NCBI GenBank assembly: GCA_015069575.1
Contig: SVIH01000011.1
Location: 376-64,375 of the forward strand
Source: Clostridiales bacterium
Lineage (GTDB): Bacteria; Bacillota; Clostridia; Christensenellales; QALW01
Reading direction: 5' to 3'
DNA length: 64,000 nt
The notes beneath the pieces were generated by a model. The model saw only the letters and a list, made by a program, of their open reading frames with translations. It made no database searches and was not told the origin of the DNA. A program made the translations under genes and the position numbers. Of the stretch, positions 20,575 to 29,214 are shown one piece after another (the first letter of the stretch is position 1; each line of letters opens with the position of its first letter).

Positions 20575-21693
20575 CTACCTCGCTAAATAATTTTCAATAA
20601 CTAAATTTGCACAAGCCTTTGCTCTTGCATCTTCCTTTAGTGAAGAAACGCAAACATCAATCTTTCGCGTTGCACGGGACAAGGCCTGTTTTTCTATTGT
20701 TTCTTTAATTTTTGGCACTAAAATAAAACTGCCGTTTATTAAATCTCCGCCTAAAATAATACCTTCGGGCTCAAAAAGATTTATAAAGGAAACAAGAGTT
20801 AACCCAAGCATTTCGCCTTGATAATTCAATGCGGAAATTGCTTTTTTATCGCCATTTAATGCATTAAAACAAAGAGTGTTATAATCTTTTTGCCCGCCGG
20901 TTTTTGCAATGCGCGGGTTAGCGGTGTATAATTCCGCACAACCTTTGTTTCCACAAAAACAAGTTTCACCGAAAATGTTTAATGAGATATGCCCGATTTC
21001 ACAACCAAATCCGGAAGCGCCCTGAAAAAGAGAACCATTTTTTATATACGCTGAACCAAGCCCGCTATCAGCAAGCAAATATAAAAAGTTATCCCTGTTG
21101 CCTGTAACCTTTTCCGCTAATGCTAATGCGTTGGTATCCTTTTTAAAGCAAATATTATCTATTCCCGTTGCATCTTTAATTGCTTTAACGATATTAAAAT
21201 TATTAAACAGTTTTAAATCAGGGGGATTAAGAATAACGCCGTTTTCCTGGTCAACCGGACCCGGTGCAATTATGCCCACACCTAAAATGTTTTTATATTC
21301 TTTTTTTAATTGGTTTATATTTTTACTAATCGCATTAACCGTATCAGATTCAGTTTTTTTAAACTCTTCAGAAAAATTTTTAATAATGTTGCCAGAAAAA
21401 TCCGTTAAAACTACTAACCAACCTTGTCTTGAAATATCAATACCAATGATATAAAAAGCAGATGGGTTAAGGTGTAAAAGTGTTGGATGCCTTCCGTTTA
21501 AAGATTTTACAGCATCACCTTCGATAACAAGATTTTCTTTTAATAAATTATCAACAATCAGTGAAACTGCCGCCCTTGTTAAGCCTGTTTTACGGGCAAT
21601 TTCTGCGCGGGATACAGGCTCGGTACGAATTAAATTTAAAATGTTTATTCTGTTTTGCGCCTTCATTAAAGAAGAGTTGTTAGGCTTATTCAT
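20575..21693 (-). CDS. ROK family transcriptional regulator
   Basis: N-terminal wHTH (NRINILNLIRTEPVSRAEIARKTGLTRAAVS) plus a ROK sugar-kinase-like body with a Cys-rich motif (CFCGNKGC). Confidence 0.88.
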   Translation of the reverse strand: MNKPNNSSLMKAQNRINILNLIRTEPVSRAEIARKTGLTRAAVSLIVDNLLKENLVIEGDAVKSLNGRHPTLLHLNPSAFYIIGIDISRQGWLVVLTDFSGNIIKNFSEEFKKTESDTVNAISKNINQLKKEYKNILGVGIIAPGPVDQENGVILNPPDLKLFNNFNIVKAIKDATGIDNICFKKDTNALALAEKVTGNRDNFLYLLADSGLGSAYIKNGSLFQGASGFGCEIGHISLNIFGETCFCGNKGCAELYTANPRIAKTGGQKDYNTLCFNALNGDKKAISALNYQGEMLGLTLVSFINLFEPEGIILGGDLINGSFILVPKIKETIEKQALSRATRKIDVCVSSLKEDARAKACANLVIENYLAR

Positions 21694-22723
21694 CTTTTGC
21701 CTCTTTATTAAAAAGATTCAAAATTTCCTGTCGTGAAGCACTGCCTGTTGTGTTTATTTTCTTAATGGAAATTGCAGAAGCAAGGTTGCCTATTGTTGAA
21801 GCGTGAATGATTTCAGATTTAACCGCCAAAGAAAGTGAGAAGGCTGATAAAAAGCAATCCCCTGCACCACAGGTATCAATGGGGTCTTCAACCTTTAAGC
21901 CGATACAAGAATAAATTTTATCATCCTTTAAAACACGAACGCCTTTTTTGCCTAAGGTAAGGCAGATGTTGGAGTTTGTTTGATTATATAATTCCTTTAA
22001 AGTGCGTTCAGTTTCAATTTCGTCAGCCTTTGTAAGATGGTCGTCATTTAAATTAAGGGTGCGTGCGCACTCAATTTCGTTAGGCTTTAAAAATGCATTT
22101 TTATATTCTGAAATTCTGCTTCTGCTATCTACTACAACAAGCATATTTTTTGCAATTTCGTTAATTGCCTGGCGAACCTTTTTTGTAATGCAACCGTTTT
22201 CAAACTGGTCGCTTACACATAAAACATCAGCGCCTTTTGTGGCGGAATAAAGGTTTTTAATAATTTTGTCTTCCGTTTCTTCATCTATTGAAGAATAACT
22301 TTCAAAATCTAATCTTGGGTCTTCAACCTCAAAACCTAAAAAGCCTTTACGCATAGGCTTACAGTAAGCGTTTGTAATTCTGTCTTTAACTGTAACGATA
22401 TATTCATCGTTTATACCTGAATTTTTTAAACAGTTTTTAAGGCAAACGCCACGCCAATCAGAACCAATAACACTTACAACACTTACATTTTTGCATAAGG
22501 TTGCCATATTGTTTGCCGCATTTCCGCCTGCACCTAAGGACATTCTTTCTTCCACAACAGGTAAAGGAAAATGGGGCGTTTCTCTTGAAAGCACGCTCTT
22601 TGTCATATCTGCAACCCAATAAACATCAAGGCAGATATCACCAATTAAAACTGCTTTAATATTTTCAATTTTATCTAAAGTTTCATTTAATATCTTTTCA
22701 TTCAGTCCGTTTAACTGCTTCAT
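21686..22723 (-). CDS. PfkB-family carbohydrate kinase, HldE/RfaE kinase-domain-like
   Basis: LIGDICLDVYW...PLPVVEERMSLGAGGNAANN resembles the heptose-7-P kinase N-terminus, with C-terminal GAGD. Start set to the internal ATG downstream of the consensus promoter. Confidence 0.78.
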   Translation of the reverse strand: MKQLNGLNEKILNETLDKIENIKAVLIGDICLDVYWVADMTKSVLSRETPHFPLPVVEERMSLGAGGNAANNMATLCKNVSVVSVIGSDWRGVCLKNCLKNSGINDEYIVTVKDRITNAYCKPMRKGFLGFEVEDPRLDFESYSSIDEETEDKIIKNLYSATKGADVLCVSDQFENGCITKKVRQAINEIAKNMLVVVDSRSRISEYKNAFLKPNEIECARTLNLNDDHLTKADEIETERTLKELYNQTNSNICLTLGKKGVRVLKDDKIYSCIGLKVEDPIDTCGAGDCFLSAFSLSLAVKSEIIHASTIGNLASAISIKKINTTGSASRQEILNLFNKEAKDE

Positions 22724-22751
22724 AAATAAAAAAACCTCACTTTCAGTAAAA

Positions 22752-22780
22752 ATTATACGCCTTGAAAAATAGTTTGTCAA
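22752..22780 (-). promoter_or_regulatory. consensus sigma-A promoter of the kinase-ROK-HAD operon
   Basis: Reverse strand reads TTGACA-17-TATAAT (exact consensus). Confidence 0.65.
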
Positions 22781-22811
22781 GTCATTTAACAAAATAAAAT
22801 TGTTAATTTGA

Positions 22812-22841
22812 TTGACAGATTTATGTTCTTTCAAGTATAAT
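22812..22841 (+). promoter_or_regulatory. asnS promoter
   Basis: TTGACA-18-TATAAT, 45 nt upstream of the asnS ATG. Confidence 0.6.
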
Positions 22842-22885
22842 ACAAATATTATTATATAAGAATATGCTAAGGGGGTATATTTTTT

Positions 22886-24268
22886 ATGAAAACAGATCTT
22901 GTAAAAGATATATATGCGTCCAATGAAGCAAAGCGCGTTACCGTTGCAGGTTGGGTGCGCACCATAAGGGCGTCAAAGGATTTTGGGTTTATTGAACTTA
23001 ATGACGGCACAACACAAAAGAATATTCAGATTGTGTTTGACCGCAATATAGATAACTTTGATATTGTTGAAAAGCAGAATGTTTCAGCTTGTTTAATTGT
23101 TGAAGGCGATGTTGTTCTTACACCTGAGGCTCGTCAGCCACTGGAAATTCACGCAACAAAAATTGATATTCACGGTACAAGTGAGCCTGATTTCCCAATT
23201 CAGAAGAAAAAGCATTCTTTTGAATATTTAAGAACAGTTGCTCATTTAAGGCCAAGAACAAACACATTTACCGCAGTATTCCGTGTTCGTTCAGTTTTAA
23301 CCTTTGCAATTCACAAGTTCTTACAGGATAATGGCTTTGTATATGTTGCAACACCTTGCGTAACTGCAAGTGACTGCGAAGGCGCAGGCGAAGTTTTCCG
23401 TATTTCTACAATGGATGTTGATAATCCACCAAGAACAGAAGATGGCAAGGTTGATTGGTCAAAAGATTTCTTTGGCAAAGAAGCATTTATGACTGTTTCA
23501 GGTCAGTTGAATGTTGAGCCTTTCTGTTGGGGCTTCAGAAATGTTTATACCTTTGGCCCTTGCTTCAGGGCAGAAAACAGCAATACACCCCGCCACGCAG
23601 CAGAATTCTGGCAGGTTGAACCTGAAATGGCTTTTGCAGATATTAACGATTTAATGGATACCATTGAAGCACTTTCAAAATATGTTATTAAGTATGTGCT
23701 TGAACATTGTCCTGATGAAATCAATTTCTTTGATAAATTTATGGAAAAAGGCTTAATTGAAAAGCTTAACAATACCGTTAACAGCGATTTTGCCCGCGTA
23801 TCTTATCGCGATGCATTAAAGATTTTAAATGAATCAGGTATTAAATTTGATATTCCTGCAACCTGGGGCACAGGTATTCAGACCGAGCACGAAAAATACC
23901 TTGCTGATGTTGTATTTAAGCGTCCTGTTTTCGTTACCGATTATCCCAAGGAATGCAAGAGCTTCTATATGCGCCTGAACGATGATAACAAAACTGTTGC
24001 TGCAACCGATCTTCTTTTCCCAGGATTAGGTGAAATCGTTGGTTCATCACAGCGTGAAGAACGTTACGATGTTTTAATGAAGCGTATTGATGAATTAGGT
24101 CTTAACCCCGAAGATTATTCCTGGTATATGGATCTTCGTAAATACGGATCCTGTCAGCACTCCGGTTTTGGTATGGGCGTTGAAAGAATGATGCGCTATA
24201 TTACCGGTATGGAAAATATTAGGGATGTTATTCCTTATCCTCGTACACCCAACTCCGCAGAGTTTTAA
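22886..24268 (+). CDS. asnS: asparagine--tRNA ligase
   Basis: Class IIb synthetase with an OB-fold N-terminus, [16 protein letters not shown], and C-terminal GFGMGVERM. Confidence 0.96.
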   Translation: MKTDLVKDIYASNEAKRVTVAGWVRTIRASKDFGFIELNDGTTQKNIQIVFDRNIDNFDIVEKQNVSACLIVEGDVVLTPEARQPLEIHATKIDIHGTSEPDFPIQKKKHSFEYLRTVAHLRPRTNTFTAVFRVRSVLTFAIHKFLQDNGFVYVATPCVTASDCEGAGEVFRISTMDVDNPPRTEDGKVDWSKDFFGKEAFMTVSGQLNVEPFCWGFRNVYTFGPCFRAENSNTPRHAAEFWQVEPEMAFADINDLMDTIEALSKYVIKYVLEHCPDEINFFDKFMEKGLIEKLNNTVNSDFARVSYRDALKILNESGIKFDIPATWGTGIQTEHEKYLADVVFKRPVFVTDYPKECKSFYMRLNDDNKTVAATDLLFPGLGEIVGSSQREERYDVLMKRIDELGLNPEDYSWYMDLRKYGSCQHSGFGMGVERMMRYITGMENIRDVIPYPRTPNSAEF

Positions 24269-24294
24269 TGCGAGAACGAGAAATCTTCACAAAC

Positions 24295-24326
24295 AAGCCC
24301 CTGCAATTTTGCAGGGGCTTTTTTTC
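24295..24326 (+). terminator. asnS rho-independent terminator
   Basis: Stem AAGCCCCTGC / GCAGGGGCTT followed by a T7 run. Confidence 0.88.
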
Positions 24327-24355
24327 TTCCATAAAAGCAGGAATTTGCAAAAATC

Positions 24356-24384
24356 TTGACGGATATAAATATAGCAGTTATAAT
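24356..24384 (+). promoter_or_regulatory. sigma-A promoter embedded in a transposase remnant
   Basis: TTGACG-17-TATAAT, 60 nt upstream of the 24444 ORF (RBS GGAGGA). Confidence 0.5.
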
Positions 24385-24408
24385 GAATATGTAAACAATG
24401 CGACATTT
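24361..24408 (+). pseudogene. remnant 1 of a RayT/IS200-like (Y1) transposase
   Basis: Translates to GYKYSSYNEYVNNATF. It matches my memory of the conserved YKWSSYNEY segment of clostridial REP-associated Y1 transposases. No N-terminal part is present. Confidence 0.45.
24377..24407 (+). repeat. 31-bp direct repeat, copy 1
   Basis: GTTATAATGAATATGTAAACAATGCGACATT. The second copy at 24878-24908 differs at one base. Confidence 0.9.
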
Positions 24409-24443
24409 GTGGAAGGAATAAAAGGTGCTTTCGGAGGATAAAA

Positions 24444-24884
24444 ATGAAGAAGAAAATATGTAGTATCTTGATGTATCTTTTTTGTGTTACCAAAATTATT
24501 TGCACTTTTATATTTTTTTCTAAAGGTGGATTAGACATAGCATCATATTTTTCAATAGTGTCAATTCCTACATTGCTTGCAATGGCATATTATGAGAAAT
24601 TATTTTTTCTTTGCTTTATAATGCTTTTTTGTGTGTTTAATGTTTGGATATTGATAGTTGTTTTATCACTTGTTGGTATATTTATAAGAAAGATCAAAAA
24701 AATAACCAATATACTAATTATAATAGCTGGGGTATTTGATTTTTTTTCAATATTTATCACAAGTACTGTGTGGTGGTATAAACTGCTTTGTACAATTATT
24801 TCAATCTGTTTTATTTCGATAGCTTTAAGTGCTTTGTTAGTCGACGACCAATCGAACACAGGGGACGGTTCTCCTGTGTTGTAA
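24444..24884 (+). CDS. hypothetical small membrane protein (about 4 TM)
   Basis: GGAGGA RBS with a promoter upstream, and hydrophobic. The C-terminus (TGDGSPVL) is encoded by REP-like hairpin 1. No recognisable family. Confidence 0.5.
   Translation: MKKKICSILMYLFCVTKIICTFIFFSKGGLDIASYFSIVSIPTLLAMAYYEKLFFLCFIMLFCVFNVWILIVVLSLVGIFIRKIKKITNILIIIAGVFDFFSIFITSTVWWYKLLCTIISICFISIALSALLVDDQSNTGDGSPVL
24855..24880 (+). repeat. REP-like GC-rich hairpin 1
   Basis: AACACAGG-GGACGGTTCT-CCTGTGTT. Confidence 0.85.
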
Positions 24885-24908
24885 TGAATATGTAAACAAT
24901 GCGACATT
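24878..24908 (+). repeat. 31-bp direct repeat, copy 2
   Basis: GTTGTAATGAATATGTAAACAATGCGACATT, 501 bp downstream of copy 1. Confidence 0.9.
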
Positions 24909-25029
24909 AGTTGAATTAGATATCAATAAAAGGGATAAATTTATAACGCAATTGAAAGAAAAAGGTCTTTCAATACGTCAGATATGCAGATTAACAGGGG
25001 TTGGTTTTAGTGTTATTAGGAAATTATAA
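24883..25029 (+). pseudogene. remnant 2 of a RayT/IS200-like transposase (C-terminal HTH part, internally deleted)
   Basis: Translates to NEYVNNATLVELDINKRDKFITQLKEKGLSIRQICRLTGVGFSVIRKL*. The ...LKEKGLSIRQI.RLTG... tail is typical of these transposases, from memory. Confidence 0.55.
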
Positions 25030-25030
25030 A

Positions 25031-25056
25031 AACACAAGAGACCGTCCCTTTGTGTT
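25031..25056 (-). repeat. REP-like hairpin 2 (inverted)
   Basis: AACACAAGAGACCGTCCCTTTGTGTT. Its reverse complement matches hairpins 1 and 3. It is followed by a 13-bp direct repeat, CCTTTGTGTTTCC, at 25047 and 25065. Confidence 0.8.
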
Positions 25057-25092
25057 TCCCCGTACCTTTGTGTTTCCTGATTGGGTGATTTT

Positions 25093-25512
25093 ATGAGAGA
25101 AAAACGATATTTTTATTTTGCTGATTCTCATTCTTTTGAATATCCTTATTGTGTTAAATTTGTTTTCAAATACAAGGATGGACAGATTATACATCGCAAG
25201 GAACGTAAAAAATGGAAAGAAGTTAGAGATTATTCGTATTATGGCGAACCAGTTAAATGCATCATTCCAGAAGATTTAATGGATTATGAGTTTGTTTTTG
25301 AAATGTTAAATTCAAAACATAGTGATAATATTTTTGGAGCTATCAATTATTTGCTGTATAATTACAAAGATAAATTTTTACGTGATGTGAACTCTAATAA
25401 AATTGAAAAAATTAATACCGAAATATTGTATCGTTATTTTGGAGAAATTGAAGAATTAAGGACACAAGGGGACGGTTCTCCTGTGTTGTCCCCGAATAAT
25501 AATCTATTGTGA
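25093..25512 (+). CDS. hypothetical protein (about 139 aa)
   Basis: ORF MREKRYFYFADSHSFEYPY... with no family recognised. The tail QGDGSPVLSPNNNLL is read from REP-like hairpin 3. Confidence 0.45.
   Translation: MREKRYFYFADSHSFEYPYCVKFVFKYKDGQIIHRKERKKWKEVRDYSYYGEPVKCIIPEDLMDYEFVFEMLNSKHSDNIFGAINYLLYNYKDKFLRDVNSNKIEKINTEILYRYFGEIEELRTQGDGSPVLSPNNNLL
25461..25490 (+). repeat. REP-like hairpin 3
   Basis: GACACAAGGGGACGGTTCTCCTGTGTTGTC. Confidence 0.85.
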
Positions 25513-25535
25513 ATTTTCTCGCACTCTATGAGTAT

Positions 25536-25566
25536 AAAAAGACCGACTTTTGTCGGTCTTTTTTCT
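25536..25566. terminator. bidirectional terminator
   Basis: Stem AGACCGAC / GTCGGTCT with A5 before and T6 after. Confidence 0.8.
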
Positions 25567-26748
25567 TTATTGATTTATTTTACATTTATATATAATAGCG
25601 CCTAAAATTATGCCTATTGGAAAAATTATTCCAAACAAAATTCCAATTTGCAAGTTTTGCCCGAATATTTCTGAAAAAAATCCGGCAATACCGGGACCTA
25701 AACTGCAACCTAAATCTCCGCCTAAAGCAAGCAAGGCAAACATAGCAGTTCCACCGCCGTAAATTGATTTTGCTGAAAGGGTTAGTGTTCCGGGCCAAAG
25801 TAAAGCCGATGCAATTCCCGATAAGGCGCAACCCGTTAAAGAAATAAAGGGAACAGGTGAAAGTGCAATCATCAGGTAGCCGATAACACCGATAATTCCG
25901 CTTAATAAAAGGGCGTTCTCGATTTTTAATTTATCGGTAAACTTGCCGTAAAAAGCACGAACAAGCCCCATTAAAAGTGCAAAAATGCAAGGCCCTGTAA
26001 GGTCACCTACAGTTTTTGATACATTAAGATTTTTTTCTGCTAAGGCAGAAGCCCATTGGCTTACGGTTAATTCTGTTGCTCCTGCGCAAACCATAATAAA
26101 TATAAAAAGCCAGAACAATTTGTTTTTTAATAAACTTTTAATGGGTAAAGGTTTAGCCTTTTCGTTTAAAGAGCGTATGGGAATAAAAAAACAGTAAATA
26201 CTGTTTGATAATGGCAAGCACGCCCATAAAAACGACATTATGCGCCAGTTTTCAATACCACAAACAATAAAAAACAAAGTAGAAACAAGCACTGTTAAAA
26301 GCTGACCCCAACAGTAAAAGGAATGCAAAATGCTCATAGCGCCTTTATGCTTTTTGTCTTTGGGTATTGCTTCAACTATGGGGGAAACGGTAACTTCAAT
26401 TAACCCGCCGCCTAAGGCAGTAAAAAGTGTTGAAATAATTATGGCATAAAATGGGTCAATAATATCGGGCAGAAAACCAAGCAGAATAAAACCAAAGGAA
26501 GCGCTTAACTGGGCGCATATCATTGATGTTCTGTATCCGATTTTATCTAAAAATCTTGCAGCAATAAAATCAATAAACAACTGAAACAAAAAGTTTATTG
26601 TAACTAAAAACCCTATTTTATCAAGGCTGATACCGTAATTAAAAGAAAATGTAACAAATAAAAGGGGCGTAAAATTATTTACAAGCGCCTGTACGGTATA
26701 TGCAATATATGAAGCTGTAATAGTGTGGTTGTAACCTAATTTTTTCAT
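25567..26748 (-). CDS. MFS transporter
   Basis: 393 aa with about 12 TM helices and MFS-like loop motifs. Confidence 0.82.
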   Translation of the reverse strand: MKKLGYNHTITASYIAYTVQALVNNFTPLLFVTFSFNYGISLDKIGFLVTINFLFQLFIDFIAARFLDKIGYRTSMICAQLSASFGFILLGFLPDIIDPFYAIIISTLFTALGGGLIEVTVSPIVEAIPKDKKHKGAMSILHSFYCWGQLLTVLVSTLFFIVCGIENWRIMSFLWACLPLSNSIYCFFIPIRSLNEKAKPLPIKSLLKNKLFWLFIFIMVCAGATELTVSQWASALAEKNLNVSKTVGDLTGPCIFALLMGLVRAFYGKFTDKLKIENALLLSGIIGVIGYLMIALSPVPFISLTGCALSGIASALLWPGTLTLSAKSIYGGGTAMFALLALGGDLGCSLGPGIAGFFSEIFGQNLQIGILFGIIFPIGIILGAIIYKCKINQ

Positions 26749-26810
26749 TATTCACCCAAGTAAAAAAATGTTTAAAAATATTATACGCTCTAAAAACAAA
26801 AGGCGCAACA

Positions 26811-26849
26811 AAAAAGACCTGTTTTTAATTACTTAAATAAAACAGGTCA
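26811..26849 (-). terminator. terminator after the glycosyltransferase gene
   Basis: Stem GACCTGTTTT / AAAACAGGTC with a T-run on the reverse strand. Confidence 0.7.
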
Positions 26850-26854
26850 ACAAT

Positions 26855-27961
26855 TTACATAAAGTAATCAAAAATCACTTGTTGCGGGTCCATTGAAAAT
26901 TCTTTTTCCATAATGTCCCGCTGTTTTTTTAAGGCGGGTTCGTTTATCAGCCTTTTAATTATAAGTTCAGGCAGCTTGCTTTGATCGTTAGATGCAATAG
27001 CCATACCTCGCGTTAAAAAGAAATAACGGTTATAACTTTCACACCCTGAAACTGCGTCAATAAATGCTAAAGGCAAACGCTTCATAGCCGCTTCAGTAGT
27101 AGATAATCCGCCGGGCTTTGTAACATAAAGGTCGGCACTGTCCATTAAAAGTGAAACATTATTGGCATAGCCAAGAACGGTGATGTTTTCTGCTGCATGT
27201 TTTTCAATTTTTTTCTTTAATTTTGTGTTTGTGCCGCAAACAACAGTTAAATGTGCATCGCAAGGCATAATTTCTTTGATTTTTTCGGTCATATTTTCCA
27301 TTGGACCGCAACCCATACTACCGCACATCATTAAAATATGCGGTTGATTACTATTTAAACCAAGAGTCTCTTTTGCTTTTGATTTATCGCCTTTTTCATA
27401 AAATGTTCTTTTTACAGGTATGCCTGAAGCAATAATTTTTTCCTCAGGAACGCCACAGGCAACAAATTCACCAATAAGATTTTCGTGGGGAATAAAGTAT
27501 GCATCCATATTACTTTCCTGCACCCCGGGGTGACAGGTGTAATCTGTTGAAACAAAGGCTGTTTTTATATTTAATCTTGAATTCTTTTTAAGTTCGGTAA
27601 CCATAAGGGCGCAGAACATATGTACAGAAATTATTCCCGTAAATTTATTTTCTTCAACAAAACTTTCAAGTTTTTTTACACCAAGGCAGAAAAAATTATA
27701 TGCAACTGAATCATTTGCAAAAACAGAAGGGTGCTTTTCGGCAAGTTCATACCCAAGATCAAAGATAACAGGGGCATATTTATATAATTTTGCGTGAGTG
27801 TTGCAAATGAAATCGGACATCTTTGGAGAAACAAAACTTAAAGCATCGGCGATTTCGCACGCCACACCTTCGTTTATAAATTTTTCTTTTATGGAATCTG
27901 CAGTAGAATTATGACCTTGTCCTGTATTGCAAGTAAGTATAAGTATTTTCAAAAAAATCAC
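26855..27961 (-). CDS. MGDG-synthase-type (GT28) diacylglycerol glycosyltransferase
   Basis: ILILTCNTGQGHNS N-terminus and KPGGLSTTEA near the C-terminus. The start may be the TTG three codons in. Confidence 0.85.
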   Translation of the reverse strand: MIFLKILILTCNTGQGHNSTADSIKEKFINEGVACEIADALSFVSPKMSDFICNTHAKLYKYAPVIFDLGYELAEKHPSVFANDSVAYNFFCLGVKKLESFVEENKFTGIISVHMFCALMVTELKKNSRLNIKTAFVSTDYTCHPGVQESNMDAYFIPHENLIGEFVACGVPEEKIIASGIPVKRTFYEKGDKSKAKETLGLNSNQPHILMMCGSMGCGPMENMTEKIKEIMPCDAHLTVVCGTNTKLKKKIEKHAAENITVLGYANNVSLLMDSADLYVTKPGGLSTTEAAMKRLPLAFIDAVSGCESYNRYFFLTRGMAIASNDQSKLPELIIKRLINEPALKKQRDIMEKEFSMDPQQVIFDYFM

Positions 27962-28131
27962 ATCCTTTAAATATATTATAAACTTTAAAAAGTATATGTC
28001 AATAATAAAAGAATGATAAAATAACCTATTTTATGCGCAAATATTCTGATTTAAATTTAACAAAGTTGTTATGCCTTGACTTTATAATGTTTTTTGGGAT
28101 ATAATAAAAAAACAAAAAAGGAGGTAGCACA

Positions 28132-29208
28132 TTGGAACAAAAAGATGATTTCGTACAATTGTTTTTTAAAACTTTAGCAATAATTTTGTGTGTTGCTACC
28201 ATTGTTGTTGGCGGCGGCTATTGCTTGTGGCTATACTTAACAAAGGATATTACAGGGGAAGTTTTTACCCCAAACATAAGTGTTGATATTAAAAGTGAGT
28301 TCATTTACGATAAAAGTACCGTTAAAGATTATTCTGTTAATGAATTGAATACAAACATTCTTTCATGGCGTGAAAACGGCGCTCCCGCAAAAGAAGAAAA
28401 TGTAACAAATATTCTTTTGTTGGGCATTGATACTGATTCGGAAAATATGAATCTTAATTCTCGTGCTGATGCGATGGTTATAGTTTCCATAAACCATAAC
28501 ACTAGAAAAATCACACTGGCATCAATTTTAAGGGATCAGTATGCATATGTTGAAACAAACAAGAATAAAGGGTTTGAAAAATTTCATCATGCCAACAGTT
28601 ATCAAGGACCCAGCGCACAAATAAAAATGATAGAGCAGTATTATAAAGTTTCCATTGATAATTATGCCCTTGTTAATTTTTACTCGTTGCCAAAAATAAT
28701 TGATAAATTAGGCGGTGTTTCCATAAACATAACAAAAACAGAAAAAGAATATATGAACACAAGCTGGGGCACAAAAGTAAAGGAAGGGCTGAATACAATA
28801 AACGGCGAAACAGCCCTGATTTATATGCGTATCCGCCATCAGACAGGTGGCGATGAAGCCCGTGTTACAAGGCAAAAACAAGTAATTAAGGCGATAATCA
28901 ACAAACTTAAAACAAAAAATGCGACAGCGGTTGCTTCTTTGATAACAGAAATCAATGGCTATGTGCGGACAGGGTACACTTCACAAGAATTACTTGATTT
29001 AGCAATTAATGCTGTTTCAGGCGGTTGGCTTAACTATGAAATTGCTGAATTCAGTATGCCTGACAGGGAATGTGCAGGCGAAATAACTGTAAACGGTATC
29101 TGGTACTGGAAAGTGGATTATCCAAGGGCAGCCCAAAAATTACAACTTGCATTGTATGATAAAACCAATATACTTTTTTATCCTGACAGAAAAGCGTGGA
29201 TAAAATAA
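28132..29208 (+). CDS. LCP (LytR-CpsA-Psr) family protein
   Basis: N-terminal TM segment, LLLGIDTD...RADAMVIVSIN...LASILRD core. TTG start with AAGGAGG upstream. Confidence 0.9.
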   Translation: MEQKDDFVQLFFKTLAIILCVATIVVGGGYCLWLYLTKDITGEVFTPNISVDIKSEFIYDKSTVKDYSVNELNTNILSWRENGAPAKEENVTNILLLGIDTDSENMNLNSRADAMVIVSINHNTRKITLASILRDQYAYVETNKNKGFEKFHHANSYQGPSAQIKMIEQYYKVSIDNYALVNFYSLPKIIDKLGGVSINITKTEKEYMNTSWGTKVKEGLNTINGETALIYMRIRHQTGGDEARVTRQKQVIKAIINKLKTKNATAVASLITEINGYVRTGYTSQELLDLAINAVSGGWLNYEIAEFSMPDRECAGEITVNGIWYWKVDYPRAAQKLQLALYDKTNILFYPDRKAWIK

Positions 29209-29214
29209 AGCGAC

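Noticed and set aside
22835-22885. Looked for a T-box leader upstream of asnS.
   Set aside because: Only about 50 nt separate the promoter region from the ATG. There is no specifier or antiterminator structure and no room for one.
24287-24907. Two reverse-strand ORFs containing the same peptide MSHCLHIHYN (at the start of 24590-24907, internal in 24287-24538).
   Set aside because: The shared peptide is simply the 31-bp direct repeat read in antisense. Both ORFs are antisense to better-supported features (promoter, RBS and membrane ORF; asnS terminator) and have low-complexity AT-rich composition.
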